NCBI GenBank assembly: GCA_020852255.1
Contig: JADZBD010000007.1
Location: forward strand, 129,456 to 193,455
From: Bacteroidia bacterium
GTDB lineage: Bacteria > Bacteroidota > Bacteroidia > JADZBD01
DNA: 64,000 bases
Direction of reading: 5' to 3'
The position numbers and the translations under genes are program-made. The notes under the pieces were generated by a model that saw only the letters and a list, made by a program, of their open reading frames with translations, had not been told where the DNA came from and made no database searches. Positions within the stretch are counted from its first letter, which is position 1. Each line of letters begins with the position of its first letter. Below, one piece after another: positions 1 through 9,670 of the stretch.

Positions 1-2723
1 AAATTGAAAAGCTGATTCGTGAGCAGAAAATCGGCGGATTGATATTTTTTCAGGGTGGACCGGCACGGCAGGCCAGTCTCACCAACCGCTTTCAGAGAAA
101 AAGTAAGGTTCCTCTGATGATTTCCATCGACGGAGAATGGGGGCTGGCCATGCGACTGGATTCCACCGTCTCATACCCACGCCAGATGACCCTGGGTGCA
201 ATCGCGGATGATTCTGTGATCTACAAAATGGGAAAGGAGATCGCAAGGCAATGTCGCCGTCTTGGCATTCATGTGAACCTTGCCCCTGTTGCGGATGTGA
301 ATAACAACCCCAACAACCCCGTAATTGGCACGCGTTCGTTCGGCGAAGATAAATTCAATGTCGCCCGTAAGGCAGTTATGTATATGAAGGGCCTGCAGGA
401 TGGCGGGGTGCTTGCCAACGGGAAACATTTTCCCGGTCACGGAGATACTGACAAGGATTCCCACAAGACCCTCCCTGTCATTTTGCACTCTCGTGAACGA
501 CTGGATTCTCTGGAGCTTTATCCCTTCCGGGAATTGATACGAAACGGACTGGGAAGCATGATGGTGGCGCATCTTTACATCCCTTCGCTCGACAGCTCTG
601 CCAATACCGCTTCCACATTGTCACCCCGGATCGTAAACGAACTGCTGAAAAAGGAATTAAAATTCGATGGATTGATTTTCACTGATGCGCTGAATATGAA
701 GGGGGTGTCAAAGTTTTTTCAGCCCGGGGAAGTGGATGTCAAGGCGCTGCTGGCGGGTAATGATGTCTTGCTCTTCGCGGAAAATGTTCCGCTCGCCATC
801 TCCGAAATCAAAAAAGCCATTACGGAAAACAGAATCACACAAGAGGAGATTGATAAGCGATGTATTAAGATCCTGAGGGCGAAGGAGTGGTGCGGACTGG
901 ATCAATACAAGCCGGTAGATACGAAAAACCTGATAGAGGACCTGAATAATGCCGGAGCGGAATATATCCGCCGGCTTTGTTACGAAAAGGCCGTCACCGT
1001 GCTGGCGAATGGAACGGGAATAATCCCAATCAACGGCACAAATCAGAAGAAAATAGCCACCATAGCACTTGGATCAAAAGAAATAACCGCTTTTCAGGAA
1101 ATGGTTTCACTTTATGCCAAATGCGATCATTACAACATTCCTAAGAACTATAAAAGTGAGCATCTCGACACGTTGAATAAATATCTGGCCACCTACGATG
1201 TGCTGCTGATCAGTATTCACAACCTGTCATTGAAGCCCGATTCCGATTTTGGATTTCAGCCCCGGCTTCAACTGCTGATGAACCGGTTGATCCGCAGCAG
1301 ACCTTCGGTGCTAACCTTCTTCTCAAATCCCTACCTGTTGGGATCGCTGGACTCAGTGCATCTGGCATCGGCCGTTGTGATGGGCTATGAAGAGAATCTC
1401 CATAGCCAGGAAGTCGCTGCGATGGCAATTTTTGGCGGTATAGGGGCGAACGGAATGCTTCCTGTTACATCTTCTCCGCTGTTCAAAGCAGGCAACGGAA
1501 AGAATACAGGTGAGCCTGTGCGGCTTTCTCTCTCTCATCCCGGAGAATTCATGCAGTATGATCTCGGTTTCAGGATCATTGATTCCCTCGTTAAAGAGGG
1601 GATAAGCGAAAAGGCTTTTCCGGGAGCGCAGTTGCTGGTGATGAAAAACGGGAAAGTGATACGCTACTCCACCTATGGTGCCCACACTTATACCGGGAAG
1701 CGGGCGGTTAAACGAACGGATTTGTATGACCTGGCTTCGGTTACAAAGATCGTTTCCTCCACGGCGGCACTGATGAAATTGTGCGGAGAAGGAGTGATCA
1801 GTGTGGATCAAACACTCGGGTTTTATCTGCCCGAGTTGGATAGTACCAATAAACGAAATTTGGTGATCCGGCAGGTGCTGGCACATCAGGCAGGGCTGAA
1901 GGACTGGATACCTTTCTGGACAAGAACTGTAAAAAAGGGAGTGTATAAACCGGGGATCTACCAAAAAGATGCTTCGGAAAAATACCCTTTCCGCGTTGCT
2001 GAAAAACTATATATCAATGCCACTTACAAAGACACCATCTGGAAGCGGATTGTGGAGTCAGATATACGGGATTCGGGAGAATTAAAATACAGCGATTTAG
2101 GATATTATTTTCTTCAGCGGATTATAGAGCAGAAGACCGGGAAATCTCTCGACCAGTATGTTCAGGAGTCGTTTTATGATCCCATGGGACTTCCCACCAT
2201 GATGTACCGGCCGAGGAATAAATATTCACTACGGCAGATTCCTCCTACTGAGTATGATGCACGGTTTAGAAAGCAGCTCATCTGGGGAGATGTGCATGAT
2301 CAGGGTGCAGCGATGATGGGAGGAGTGGCCGGACATGCCGGATTGTTCTCGAACGCCTTTGATCTGGCAGCCATGATGCAGTTATTTATGAATAAAGGGT
2401 ATTTCGGAGGTAAGAAGTACATGGATCCGCGGGTGGTGGAAGAGTTTACGGCATGCTCATTTTGCCCGAACAACAGAAGAGGAATAGGATTCGATAAGCC
2501 TGAACCTGACAGCACAAAGGCCGGTCCCGTTCCGCAATGTGTTTCCCTGAAAAGTTACGGGCACAGTGGCTTTACCGGCACTTTCGCCTGGGCGGATCCG
2601 GGAAGTGGAATTGTAGTTATTCTCCTTACTAACCGCGTCTTCCCGGATGCGGAAAAAAACAAGCTTGTAAAAATCGGCACCCGGAGTAAGGTACTGGAAG
2701 AGGTGTGCAGGATGCTGAAATAA
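1..2723 (+). CDS. Glycoside hydrolase family 3 (NagZ-like beta-N-acetylhexosaminidase) fused to a C-terminal beta-lactamase-fold serine hydrolase; 5' end truncated by window edge
   Basis: N-terminal half carries the GH3 motif KHFPGHGDTDKDSH and LIFTDALNMKGV. C-terminal half (from ~res 520) has the S-x-x-K motif (SVTK), YSD and HSG (KTG-like) motifs of class C beta-lactamase/PBP4*-type serine hydrolases. The reading frame is open to position 1. Confidence 0.8.
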   Translation, partial: IEKLIREQKIGGLIFFQGGPARQASLTNRFQRKSKVPLMISIDGEWGLAMRLDSTVSYPRQMTLGAIADDSVIYKMGKEIARQCRRLGIHVNLAPVADVNNNPNNPVIGTRSFGEDKFNVARKAVMYMKGLQDGGVLANGKHFPGHGDTDKDSHKTLPVILHSRERLDSLELYPFRELIRNGLGSMMVAHLYIPSLDSSANTASTLSPRIVNELLKKELKFDGLIFTDALNMKGVSKFFQPGEVDVKALLAGNDVLLFAENVPLAISEIKKAITENRITQEEIDKRCIKILRAKEWCGLDQYKPVDTKNLIEDLNNAGAEYIRRLCYEKAVTVLANGTGIIPINGTNQKKIATIALGSKEITAFQEMVSLYAKCDHYNIPKNYKSEHLDTLNKYLATYDVLLISIHNLSLKPDSDFGFQPRLQLLMNRLIRSRPSVLTFFSNPYLLGSLDSVHLASAVVMGYEENLHSQEVAAMAIFGGIGANGMLPVTSSPLFKAGNGKNTGEPVRLSLSHPGEFMQYDLGFRIIDSLVKEGISEKAFPGAQLLVMKNGKVIRYSTYGAHTYTGKRAVKRTDLYDLASVTKIVSSTAALMKLCGEGVISVDQTLGFYLPELDSTNKRNLVIRQVLAHQAGLKDWIPFWTRTVKKGVYKPGIYQKDASEKYPFRVAEKLYINATYKDTIWKRIVESDIRDSGELKYSDLGYYFLQRIIEQKTGKSLDQYVQESFYDPMGLPTMMYRPRNKYSLRQIPPTEYDARFRKQLIWGDVHDQGAAMMGGVAGHAGLFSNAFDLAAMMQLFMNKGYFGGKKYMDPRVVEEFTACSFCPNNRRGIGFDKPEPDSTKAGPVPQCVSLKSYGHSGFTGTFAWADPGSGIVVILLTNRVFPDAEKNKLVKIGTRSKVLEEVCRMLK

Positions 2724-2744
2724 ATGGGGGAGGAACACCCGCCG

Positions 2745-3956
2745 TTAAAAATAGGTCGAGAATCCGAATAAGAAGGCACCTGTTCGCGAGGGAGGATTCA
2801 GCAGAATATCTTCTTCCGACTGGAAGTAATAATTAAACCTCAGAACTGTTTCGGGAGTCGGACGCCAGGAAACAACGGGGGTTATACGCATAATATTATC
2901 TCCGATTGTTCCTCCCGTCTCCCGGAAAGTACCCACGTTATAGTCTGCCCCTTCGTACCGGAATCCGGCGTGAAAGCAGCTTTTTTCAAATTGGAGAAAA
3001 GGGCGGTTGAAGATACGCTGTGTAAATTCCAGGTAATAGCCATGTTGTTTCTCTCCGTATTGCTGCGTGTAAGTTTCAGGAATATCCACAGCCACCCAAA
3101 CATATTCTATCAGTAAGCGGGTGCCTTTGTTTGTACTCAGGGTGTGATCCAGCGAGAATACATCCATCCGGCGGCGATCATCAACGGTCAGACCATCCTT
3201 ACGGAATGTATTATACACTCCTCCCATCCAGGATATCCCTGTTTCGCCGCGCAGCGGGTGTTTCACGGCACAGCGTACGGAGGTCAGGGGCATACCGTTG
3301 TTGTTTTCTTCAAAACGATTCGGAGAATCCTTGGAGGCCCCCAGCCAGGTACGGTTTTTTTTGTTGCTTATGATTTCGTCATTGAAGCCGTTAGTAATAT
3401 AAATCTCGTAAGTAACCCTGCTTTTTCCGGCGGTGAAATTTCCGTGTAAACCAAATCCCGCGTTGCTCCAGGTAGAGGGAACGAGTTCTGTAGCGCAAAT
3501 CGGGCGGTCAATAAAATCCCATTTCGGTCCGTCGTGATTCTGATTAAAAGCTCCAATGGGATTTACGATCACTCCGCCACGGAAATTCAACCAGGGTATG
3601 AATTCCAGATCCAGAAAAGCGGATTCCAGATTGATTTCCTTTGCGCCGTCTTCAAATTCCACCTCCGCGGCGAATCGCAGGGAACGCCCGAGCCTTGAAT
3701 AGGTGTAGAGCGTAAAACGCCTCATCTGAAACTGCAACCCTTCAGTAACTCCGTCGGTGCCGGCATAAAGGGTATTACCCTCCGCGTATCCTCCAAGAAC
3801 CAAAGGAAGTTTTTCATTCCATACGCCCGGACGGTGATAAACAGCGTCCTTATTCATTACCGTATCGGCAAATAGCGAATCCTTTGCAATGGAATCCGCC
3901 TGTGCCTGTGTCAGGGCAGGAAGGTAAAACAACAGAGCGATCAGTGTGTTTCTCAC
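2745..3956 (-). CDS. Outer-membrane beta-barrel protein (porin-like, possibly phosphate-selective porin O/P-like)
   Basis: Signal peptide MRNTLIALLFYLPALTQAQA, alternating amphipathic beta-strand pattern, C-terminal aromatic residue (…FSTYF). Start overlaps the stop of the upstream Rieske gene. Confidence 0.5.
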   Translation of the reverse strand: MRNTLIALLFYLPALTQAQADSIAKDSLFADTVMNKDAVYHRPGVWNEKLPLVLGGYAEGNTLYAGTDGVTEGLQFQMRRFTLYTYSRLGRSLRFAAEVEFEDGAKEINLESAFLDLEFIPWLNFRGGVIVNPIGAFNQNHDGPKWDFIDRPICATELVPSTWSNAGFGLHGNFTAGKSRVTYEIYITNGFNDEIISNKKNRTWLGASKDSPNRFEENNNGMPLTSVRCAVKHPLRGETGISWMGGVYNTFRKDGLTVDDRRRMDVFSLDHTLSTNKGTRLLIEYVWVAVDIPETYTQQYGEKQHGYYLEFTQRIFNRPFLQFEKSCFHAGFRYEGADYNVGTFRETGGTIGDNIMRITPVVSWRPTPETVLRFNYYFQSEEDILLNPPSRTGAFLFGFSTYF

Positions 3957-4396
3957 AGGTAGATCTTTATCCGGTTGTCTGAAACTTCTGTACGGTAAGG
4001 GGCCAGATTCACACTGGCCGGTGCCGAGAGCACTTTACCGGTTTGGCTGAATTCACTGCCATGGCACGGACACACCAGCACGGTTTCTGTGGCATTCAGG
4101 TCACAGGCATTGTGTGTGCACATCATTTTCAGCGCAGAGTAGGTGCCGTCTTCCAGTTTATAGACCGCAATACTGAACGGAATAGTGGCATGATTGACGA
4201 TCACCAGGTTTCGTTGCTTTGGTTCACCTTTGGAGAGATAGGAAAATTCATTCAAAGGAAGAATCAGTACGTTCTTTCCGCCTTCGGAAGCCGTAACGGT
4301 ATGTATGGTTTTGCAGGCAGAGAGTGAAAGCAACCCCAGCATGCCTCCGGCGCAGGCTAAGCCCGACTTTATTATAAATTCACGCCGGTCGCTCAT
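3953..4396 (-). CDS. Rieske [2Fe-2S] domain protein with twin-arginine (Tat) signal
   Basis: Tat motif SDRREFIIKSGLA; Rieske boxes CTHNAC…(17 aa)…CPCHGSEF. 147 aa. Confidence 0.75.
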   Translation of the reverse strand: MSDRREFIIKSGLACAGGMLGLLSLSACKTIHTVTASEGGKNVLILPLNEFSYLSKGEPKQRNLVIVNHATIPFSIAVYKLEDGTYSALKMMCTHNACDLNATETVLVCPCHGSEFSQTGKVLSAPASVNLAPYRTEVSDNRIKIYL

Positions 4397-5577
4397 AATG
4401 ATTCTAAAAATTTGAGCAGTTGCTCCTGTTCTTCCTCTGTTAGCAGCTGAAACAGGTTCTTACTGTCCTGGCCTTCTCCTCCGTGCAGCAATATGGCATC
4501 GCGGAGGGTATGCGCCCTTCCGTCGTGCATCAGAAAGTATTCGCCTCCCTGTGAGTTGGGAGATAATCCAAGCCCCCACAAGGGCGGCGTTCTCCATTCA
4601 CTGGTCATGGCACCGCCTTCGGTATAACCATCATCAAGCCCTGGTCCCATATCATGTAAAAGTAGATCTGTGTAGGGATAAAAAGTAATATTGGAAAGGG
4701 CCTGGATATCAGAGACGCCTGTGGTCCAAGAAGGAATATGACATTTTCCGCATTTGATCTGGACAAAGAGGTTTTTTCCGGCCGTTATTTCCGTATCACC
4801 CTGATTTCTGGGTGTAGGTGGTTTAATGGTTCGCAGGTAGAAAACGAGGTCATCTATGGTAGTGCGGGAAATTTCCGGGTCCGGCACACCATCCCCGGGT
4901 CCGCTTCCTGAAGCAGGGTTGTAAGGATCAGTGTTCAGAAATTCGGAGGTGATTCCCATATCCTGGTTATAGGCGTTAACGGTTTGTATCAGCAGATCAA
5001 TCGCAGCGGCTTTTCGTCCGAATCTCCCAATGAACTTTCCATTATTATACTGGTGAATAAAGGTGGGAACAAAGAAAACAGGCGGAGCAATATAGTTCGG
5101 TCGCCCGGAAATACCGTCCCCGTCCGCATCCATCGGATCAGCAAATCCGAGAATCTGAAGGTCCGTGAGTGCCGCCAGGAGTCCGAGGCCGGCATTGGAT
5201 GGAGGAAGAAAAAGTGAATGGGGTGCATTGGAAGGAAGAGATTCGGGAGTATGTCCGGGTATGGCGCGGTGCTGAAGCTGAGGACCGCCCTGCGCAAGAA
5301 AGGTATTTCCCAGTGAATCATTTTGTCCGAAGCGGACAAGGGAAGAAAAGGGGTGACCTTTTCCGTCGGAAGGATGGCAGGAGGCGCAACTGGTGGAAAC
5401 GAAAATGGGGCCCAGTCCGTTTCCTGTGTGAAACACTTCTGCAAAGGCAGCGTCACCACGGAGAAAACGATCCAGTTGTTCCGGGGAGAGACCTTCTATA
5501 GGACCATCAAGTGTTTCAGTGTTGTCCGGAGCTTTTGGAAGGAGCTTGTCGCAGGCCGTAAATCCCGCCACGATCAT
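4393..5577 (-). CDS. Di-haem cytochrome c lipoprotein, DUF1111 family (putative thiol oxidoreductase/peroxidase-like)
   Basis: Two CxxCH haem-binding motifs (CASCHP, CGKCH). Lipoprotein signal …MIVAGFTAC places the likely start at 5577 rather than ORF-track 5793. Stop abuts the Rieske start. Confidence 0.65.
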   Translation of the reverse strand: MIVAGFTACDKLLPKAPDNTETLDGPIEGLSPEQLDRFLRGDAAFAEVFHTGNGLGPIFVSTSCASCHPSDGKGHPFSSLVRFGQNDSLGNTFLAQGGPQLQHRAIPGHTPESLPSNAPHSLFLPPSNAGLGLLAALTDLQILGFADPMDADGDGISGRPNYIAPPVFFVPTFIHQYNNGKFIGRFGRKAAAIDLLIQTVNAYNQDMGITSEFLNTDPYNPASGSGPGDGVPDPEISRTTIDDLVFYLRTIKPPTPRNQGDTEITAGKNLFVQIKCGKCHIPSWTTGVSDIQALSNITFYPYTDLLLHDMGPGLDDGYTEGGAMTSEWRTPPLWGLGLSPNSQGGEYFLMHDGRAHTLRDAILLHGGEGQDSKNLFQLLTEEEQEQLLKFLESL

Positions 5578-5694
5578 CGCACCGCATAGAAACACCCTTA
5601 AAATCAGTCCCTGTCTCACAGGTGCAAAGATAACGCTTCCTGTCAATTCTCCGTCCTCCCTGCCGCTTTGGTGCGGATTTTGTACCTTACATGC

Positions 5695-6633
5695 ATGAAA
5701 CGTTTGTTGTTTTTTACTCTCTTTATTCCGGCGGTACTTATTTCCCAGAAGGGAAATCAGAAGACAGCCGACAAGATCCTGGAGGACGGACAAGTCTTAT
5801 ATACATTGGAGATGGCCAGTGTAACATCCCTGGATGTATTTTACGACAAGGAGTATGATCCGAAACTGGCGAAAGGTTATTTTTCTTATTTCGATAAGGA
5901 CACCATCAAAACGGTATTTTACCGGGAGTTAGATACCACAACGGCTTTGTTCAAAGCAAACGATTCGCTTCGTAAAATGATAAAAGATAAGTTTGATCTG
6001 CTGATTGTAAGTAAAACGATGCGCTATCTGAATAAGAGCATCAATAAGTCGAAAGTATTCGTTTTTGAGAATGACCGGAAGATTACTGACTATGAGAAAA
6101 AACTATTTGACATCCGGTTTAAAATATTTAAGGTCTTTAACGATGATCCCGCTACGTTTATCAAATACGAGAAATCATCCCTTAGCATAGTGATCCGCGA
6201 TCAAAAGAAGTACTTCGAGGCCTATGTGATGAATGTGTTCCGGGATATGAGTTTTGTTCCACTGGGTAACGATTATTATTTTAAGTTCGACAAAGAGGGG
6301 AATATGATAGAGAAGAAGGTGCTTCACAAATCATTCATCCCTCTGGATCCGAAATATTATGGAAAAAAGAATGATGAGATAAAGTCCTCATTTCATAATC
6401 ACAAGGGGGAAGGAGCAGAGGAGTTCATCACTCCAACCGATATCTGCGTGCTTCTGCTATTTAAGCCCATGTGCCAGTGGGATATGCATTATGTCTATGG
6501 CGACAAGTTTGTTTCGGTCTTCAATATGTATAAGAACACGCTTAGTATTATAGACAAAAAGTCCTTTGAGTCTCAGACAAAGCCTAAGGAAGATCCGGAC
6601 GATTTGGATAATCAGATAAAAAAAGAGAAGTAG
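5695..6633 (+). CDS. Hypothetical secreted protein (Lys-rich, low GC)
   Basis: ATG at 5695 gives signal peptide MKRLLFFTLFIPAVLISQ. No recognisable domain. AT-rich codon usage differs from neighbours. Confidence 0.45.
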   Translation: MKRLLFFTLFIPAVLISQKGNQKTADKILEDGQVLYTLEMASVTSLDVFYDKEYDPKLAKGYFSYFDKDTIKTVFYRELDTTTALFKANDSLRKMIKDKFDLLIVSKTMRYLNKSINKSKVFVFENDRKITDYEKKLFDIRFKIFKVFNDDPATFIKYEKSSLSIVIRDQKKYFEAYVMNVFRDMSFVPLGNDYYFKFDKEGNMIEKKVLHKSFIPLDPKYYGKKNDEIKSSFHNHKGEGAEEFITPTDICVLLLFKPMCQWDMHYVYGDKFVSVFNMYKNTLSIIDKKSFESQTKPKEDPDDLDNQIKKEK

Positions 6634-6758
6634 GATAAAGAATGCCTTAATCAACAGGATTCATAAAGGGTTATTGTTTGTGCAAATCTTTGAGAAAATA
6701 CTTATCAAGGAGCAAAGGCCTACTTCAGAATAATGGCAATTAGATGTATTCAGATTAA

Positions 6759-8792
6759 TTGAGAGTACGAATCAAAATGAGCATTAAAAACATACTCATA
6801 TCATTGTTAGTGTGGTTCTGTTTCTGTCCAACTAACTTATTTTCTCAAGTCGAGTGGCAGAAGACAAATGCACAAAGTGCTACCCAATCGAAGCTCGATT
6901 CTTTATGGGTCATTTATAAGAATGCAACTAATATTGATACTATTCGCTTTAAAGCACTTAATGAAATTTTTAAACATTTTAGGAATACGAAACCAGACTC
7001 CGCTTTCGTCTTAATAGAGGAACTATTGGTGTTGGCGCGAAAAGTTAATCGTGCAGAATACGAAGGGAATGCTTTACTATCGCTGGGAATTCTATATGAG
7101 CAGCAGTCTGATTATCCCAAAGCACTAGAGTATTTATTAAGTGCCTTGCAGCTTTTTGAGAAAGTAAAGCATAAGGTAGGGATATATGCTTGTCTGGCGA
7201 ATATTGGCTTTGTCTATGAGAATCAAAAGCAGTTCGATAAATCGATGCTATATAGACAAAGGGCACTCAAAATAAGCAGAGAGATTGGAGAGCCGAAGAT
7301 TATTGGAAAGGCATATAATAATTTAGGATCAGAATATTTTAATGTCGGCCAACACAAGAAGGCATTGGAAAATTTTCTTCTTGCGCTCTCCTACGCAGAA
7401 AAACATGGAGATAAAAGAGAGGAAATTATTAGTCTGAATAATATTGCAAACTGTTACACAGCCTTATCTGATTACAAAACAGCGAAGGAGTATTATCTTA
7501 GATCTCTTCATGAAAGGAAGAAAATCGGAGAGATGAGTATGTTAGGCATGGCGTATTTTAACCTCGGGGAAATGTATTTACGTATGAATAATCTCGGACT
7601 CAGCAAAGCATATTTTGATTCCGCACAATTTGTAAGCGAAAGTTACAATAAAAGGGAGTTGTTAAGTGCCATCTACGAAAACATGTCCAATGTTTGCATC
7701 AAATCGAAAGATTATAAAGGAGCCTACGAATATTTTGTGAAGTATAAATCGATACAGGATAGTATTTATAATCGTGAGAATAGCATCCGGCTAGGAGAAG
7801 TAAAAACAAAATATGAAGTTGAAAAAAGGGAGACTGAGTTAAAACTGAAGTCTGAGAAACAAGAGGCAATTGCTAAAGAAAAGCTTCAACAAGAGCGGAT
7901 GCAACGTAATTACTTTCTGGGTGGGTTTGTTTTAGTGTTTATTGTTGCTGCAATAATCTTTAGAAGTTATCGCCAAAAAAGCAAAGCAAATTCCATAATC
8001 CTTGAGCAAAAGAATGAAATCGAGTCCAAGCATAAGGAAATCACAGATAGTATTAATTATGCGGAAAGGATACAGCGAAGCTTGCTTGCTAGTTCAGAAG
8101 TATTGGACTCCTATTTCGATTATTATTTCATCGTGTTTGAGCCTAAGGATGTGGTAAGTGGCGATTTCTATTGGGTGTCCCAGCTTACCGAGGGCAAACT
8201 CATGCTTGTGGTTGGAGATAGTACTGGACATGGCGTGCCCGGCGCAATTATGAGTATTGTCAATATTACTTCCTTGGAAAAATCAGTAGAATATCAGGGG
8301 ATTTGCGAGCCCGCATTAGTTCTTGATGAAACACGATCAAAAATTATTAATATATTAAAGAGAGATGGAAGCAGTGAGGGCGGGAGGGATGGAATGGATT
8401 GCAGCTTGGCTGTGTTCGATTTTAAGAATAGAAACTTAATTTTCGCGTCTGCAAATAATCCAATTTGGATTGTTCGGGAGAAGAAGGTCATCGAGTTGCT
8501 TCCTGATAAGATGCCGTTAGGAAAAGGCGAAAAGGATATGATTCCATTTAATCAGCACTTTTTTTCGTTTTTGCCGGGGGATTCAGTGTATATGTTCACG
8601 GATGGAATAGCAGACCAGTTTGGTGGACCACAAGGGAAAAAGTTTAAATATAAGCAGCTTAAGGAAATGATAGTTGAGGTGAATAACCTACCGATGAAGG
8701 AGCAAAAGAGGGTAATTTCAGCGCGTTTGAATGCGTGGAGAGGTAATCTTGAACAGGTGGACGATATCACTATTCTTGGACTAAGATGTTAA
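6759..8792 (+). CDS. TPR-repeat sensor protein with transmembrane helix and C-terminal PP2C-type (SpoIIE/RsbU family) serine phosphatase domain
   Basis: Signal/TM at N-terminus, ~7 TPR-like repeats (…AYNNLGSEYFNVGQHKKALE…), a TM helix (FLGGFVLVFIVAAIIF), and PP2C motifs GDFYWV, VGDSTGHGVPGA, DGMDCSL, FTDGIADQ. Confidence 0.7.
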   Translation: MRVRIKMSIKNILISLLVWFCFCPTNLFSQVEWQKTNAQSATQSKLDSLWVIYKNATNIDTIRFKALNEIFKHFRNTKPDSAFVLIEELLVLARKVNRAEYEGNALLSLGILYEQQSDYPKALEYLLSALQLFEKVKHKVGIYACLANIGFVYENQKQFDKSMLYRQRALKISREIGEPKIIGKAYNNLGSEYFNVGQHKKALENFLLALSYAEKHGDKREEIISLNNIANCYTALSDYKTAKEYYLRSLHERKKIGEMSMLGMAYFNLGEMYLRMNNLGLSKAYFDSAQFVSESYNKRELLSAIYENMSNVCIKSKDYKGAYEYFVKYKSIQDSIYNRENSIRLGEVKTKYEVEKRETELKLKSEKQEAIAKEKLQQERMQRNYFLGGFVLVFIVAAIIFRSYRQKSKANSIILEQKNEIESKHKEITDSINYAERIQRSLLASSEVLDSYFDYYFIVFEPKDVVSGDFYWVSQLTEGKLMLVVGDSTGHGVPGAIMSIVNITSLEKSVEYQGICEPALVLDETRSKIINILKRDGSSEGGRDGMDCSLAVFDFKNRNLIFASANNPIWIVREKKVIELLPDKMPLGKGEKDMIPFNQHFFSFLPGDSVYMFTDGIADQFGGPQGKKFKYKQLKEMIVEVNNLPMKEQKRVISARLNAWRGNLEQVDDITILGLRC

Positions 8793-8959
8793 TGTCAATG
8801 TATTGAGGTAATCTAGAGGCCATGACAGATGGACCGGATTTAATGTTATTTGTCTGCGTTTTCTTTCCTCTGGCCAGCAAAATTATATTTGGATTAAGTT
8901 CTTGCTACTGATTTGTTGTTAAATTTCAAAGGAATGATGACACTTAACGAGCATTTGAA

Positions 8960-9589
8960 ATGAAAAATTTTGACCGTAAAAAACATTGGGAAGAGATCTA
9001 CCGGACGAAGGAGCTGAGTGAGGTGAGCTGGTATCAGCCCAATCCTGAAACATCCCTGGACTTTATAAGACAGTTTGATATTCCAAAAACAGCGAAGATT
9101 ATCGACGTCGGCGGAGGAGACAGCTTACTGGTGGATCATTTACTCCGGATGGGTTATCTCGATATTACTGTTCTGGATATTTCCTCCGCAGCCATTGAAA
9201 GAGCCAAGTTGCGGCTCGGAAAGCTGGCCGCCATGGTGAAGTGGATCGTAGCGGATGCTGCGCATTTCAAGACGGAGGAAAAGTATGATCTCTGGCACGA
9301 CCGGGCTGCGTTCCACTTTTTGACTGAAGAGAGCGATGTGGCGGGCTATCTGCAGACCGCCAAAGAATCTCTTCGTCCGGGTGCTATGATGGTAATCGGA
9401 ACATTTTCTGAAGACGGTCCCCTGAAATGCAGCGGTATTGAGATCAGGAGGTATTCGGAAACCACCATGACGGAGCGGCTGAAAGCATTTTTTGTAAAGA
9501 TCAGGTGTGTCAGGGTGGAGCACAAAACGCCCTTTAATACTATCCAGAATTTTATTTTCTGCAGTTTTAGAAAACCAATGGCGGCCTGA
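8960..9589 (+). CDS. Class I SAM-dependent methyltransferase
   Basis: Motif I IIDVGGGDSLL; Rossmann-fold MTase spacing; 209 aa. Confidence 0.6.
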   Translation: MKNFDRKKHWEEIYRTKELSEVSWYQPNPETSLDFIRQFDIPKTAKIIDVGGGDSLLVDHLLRMGYLDITVLDISSAAIERAKLRLGKLAAMVKWIVADAAHFKTEEKYDLWHDRAAFHFLTEESDVAGYLQTAKESLRPGAMMVIGTFSEDGPLKCSGIEIRRYSETTMTERLKAFFVKIRCVRVEHKTPFNTIQNFIFCSFRKPMAA

Positions 9590-9670
9590 GCAGTAAAAAG
9601 GGGAGAGCTACATCCCTGAGAATCCCTTCACCGGGAAACCGTATCTTCGGGGAATCAATCTATCAACAAT

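Noticed and set aside
171-2779. Multiple minus-strand ORFs (133, 203, 93, 74 aa) within the GH3/beta-lactamase gene
   Set aside because: Embedded antisense ORFs without motifs. The plus-strand frame carries clear GH3 and serine-hydrolase signatures.
5578-5793. N-terminal 72-aa extension of the DUF1111 cytochrome ORF
   Set aside because: The extension has no signal character and overlaps the divergent gene. The internal Met at 5577 is followed by a perfect lipoprotein signal (…AGFTAC).
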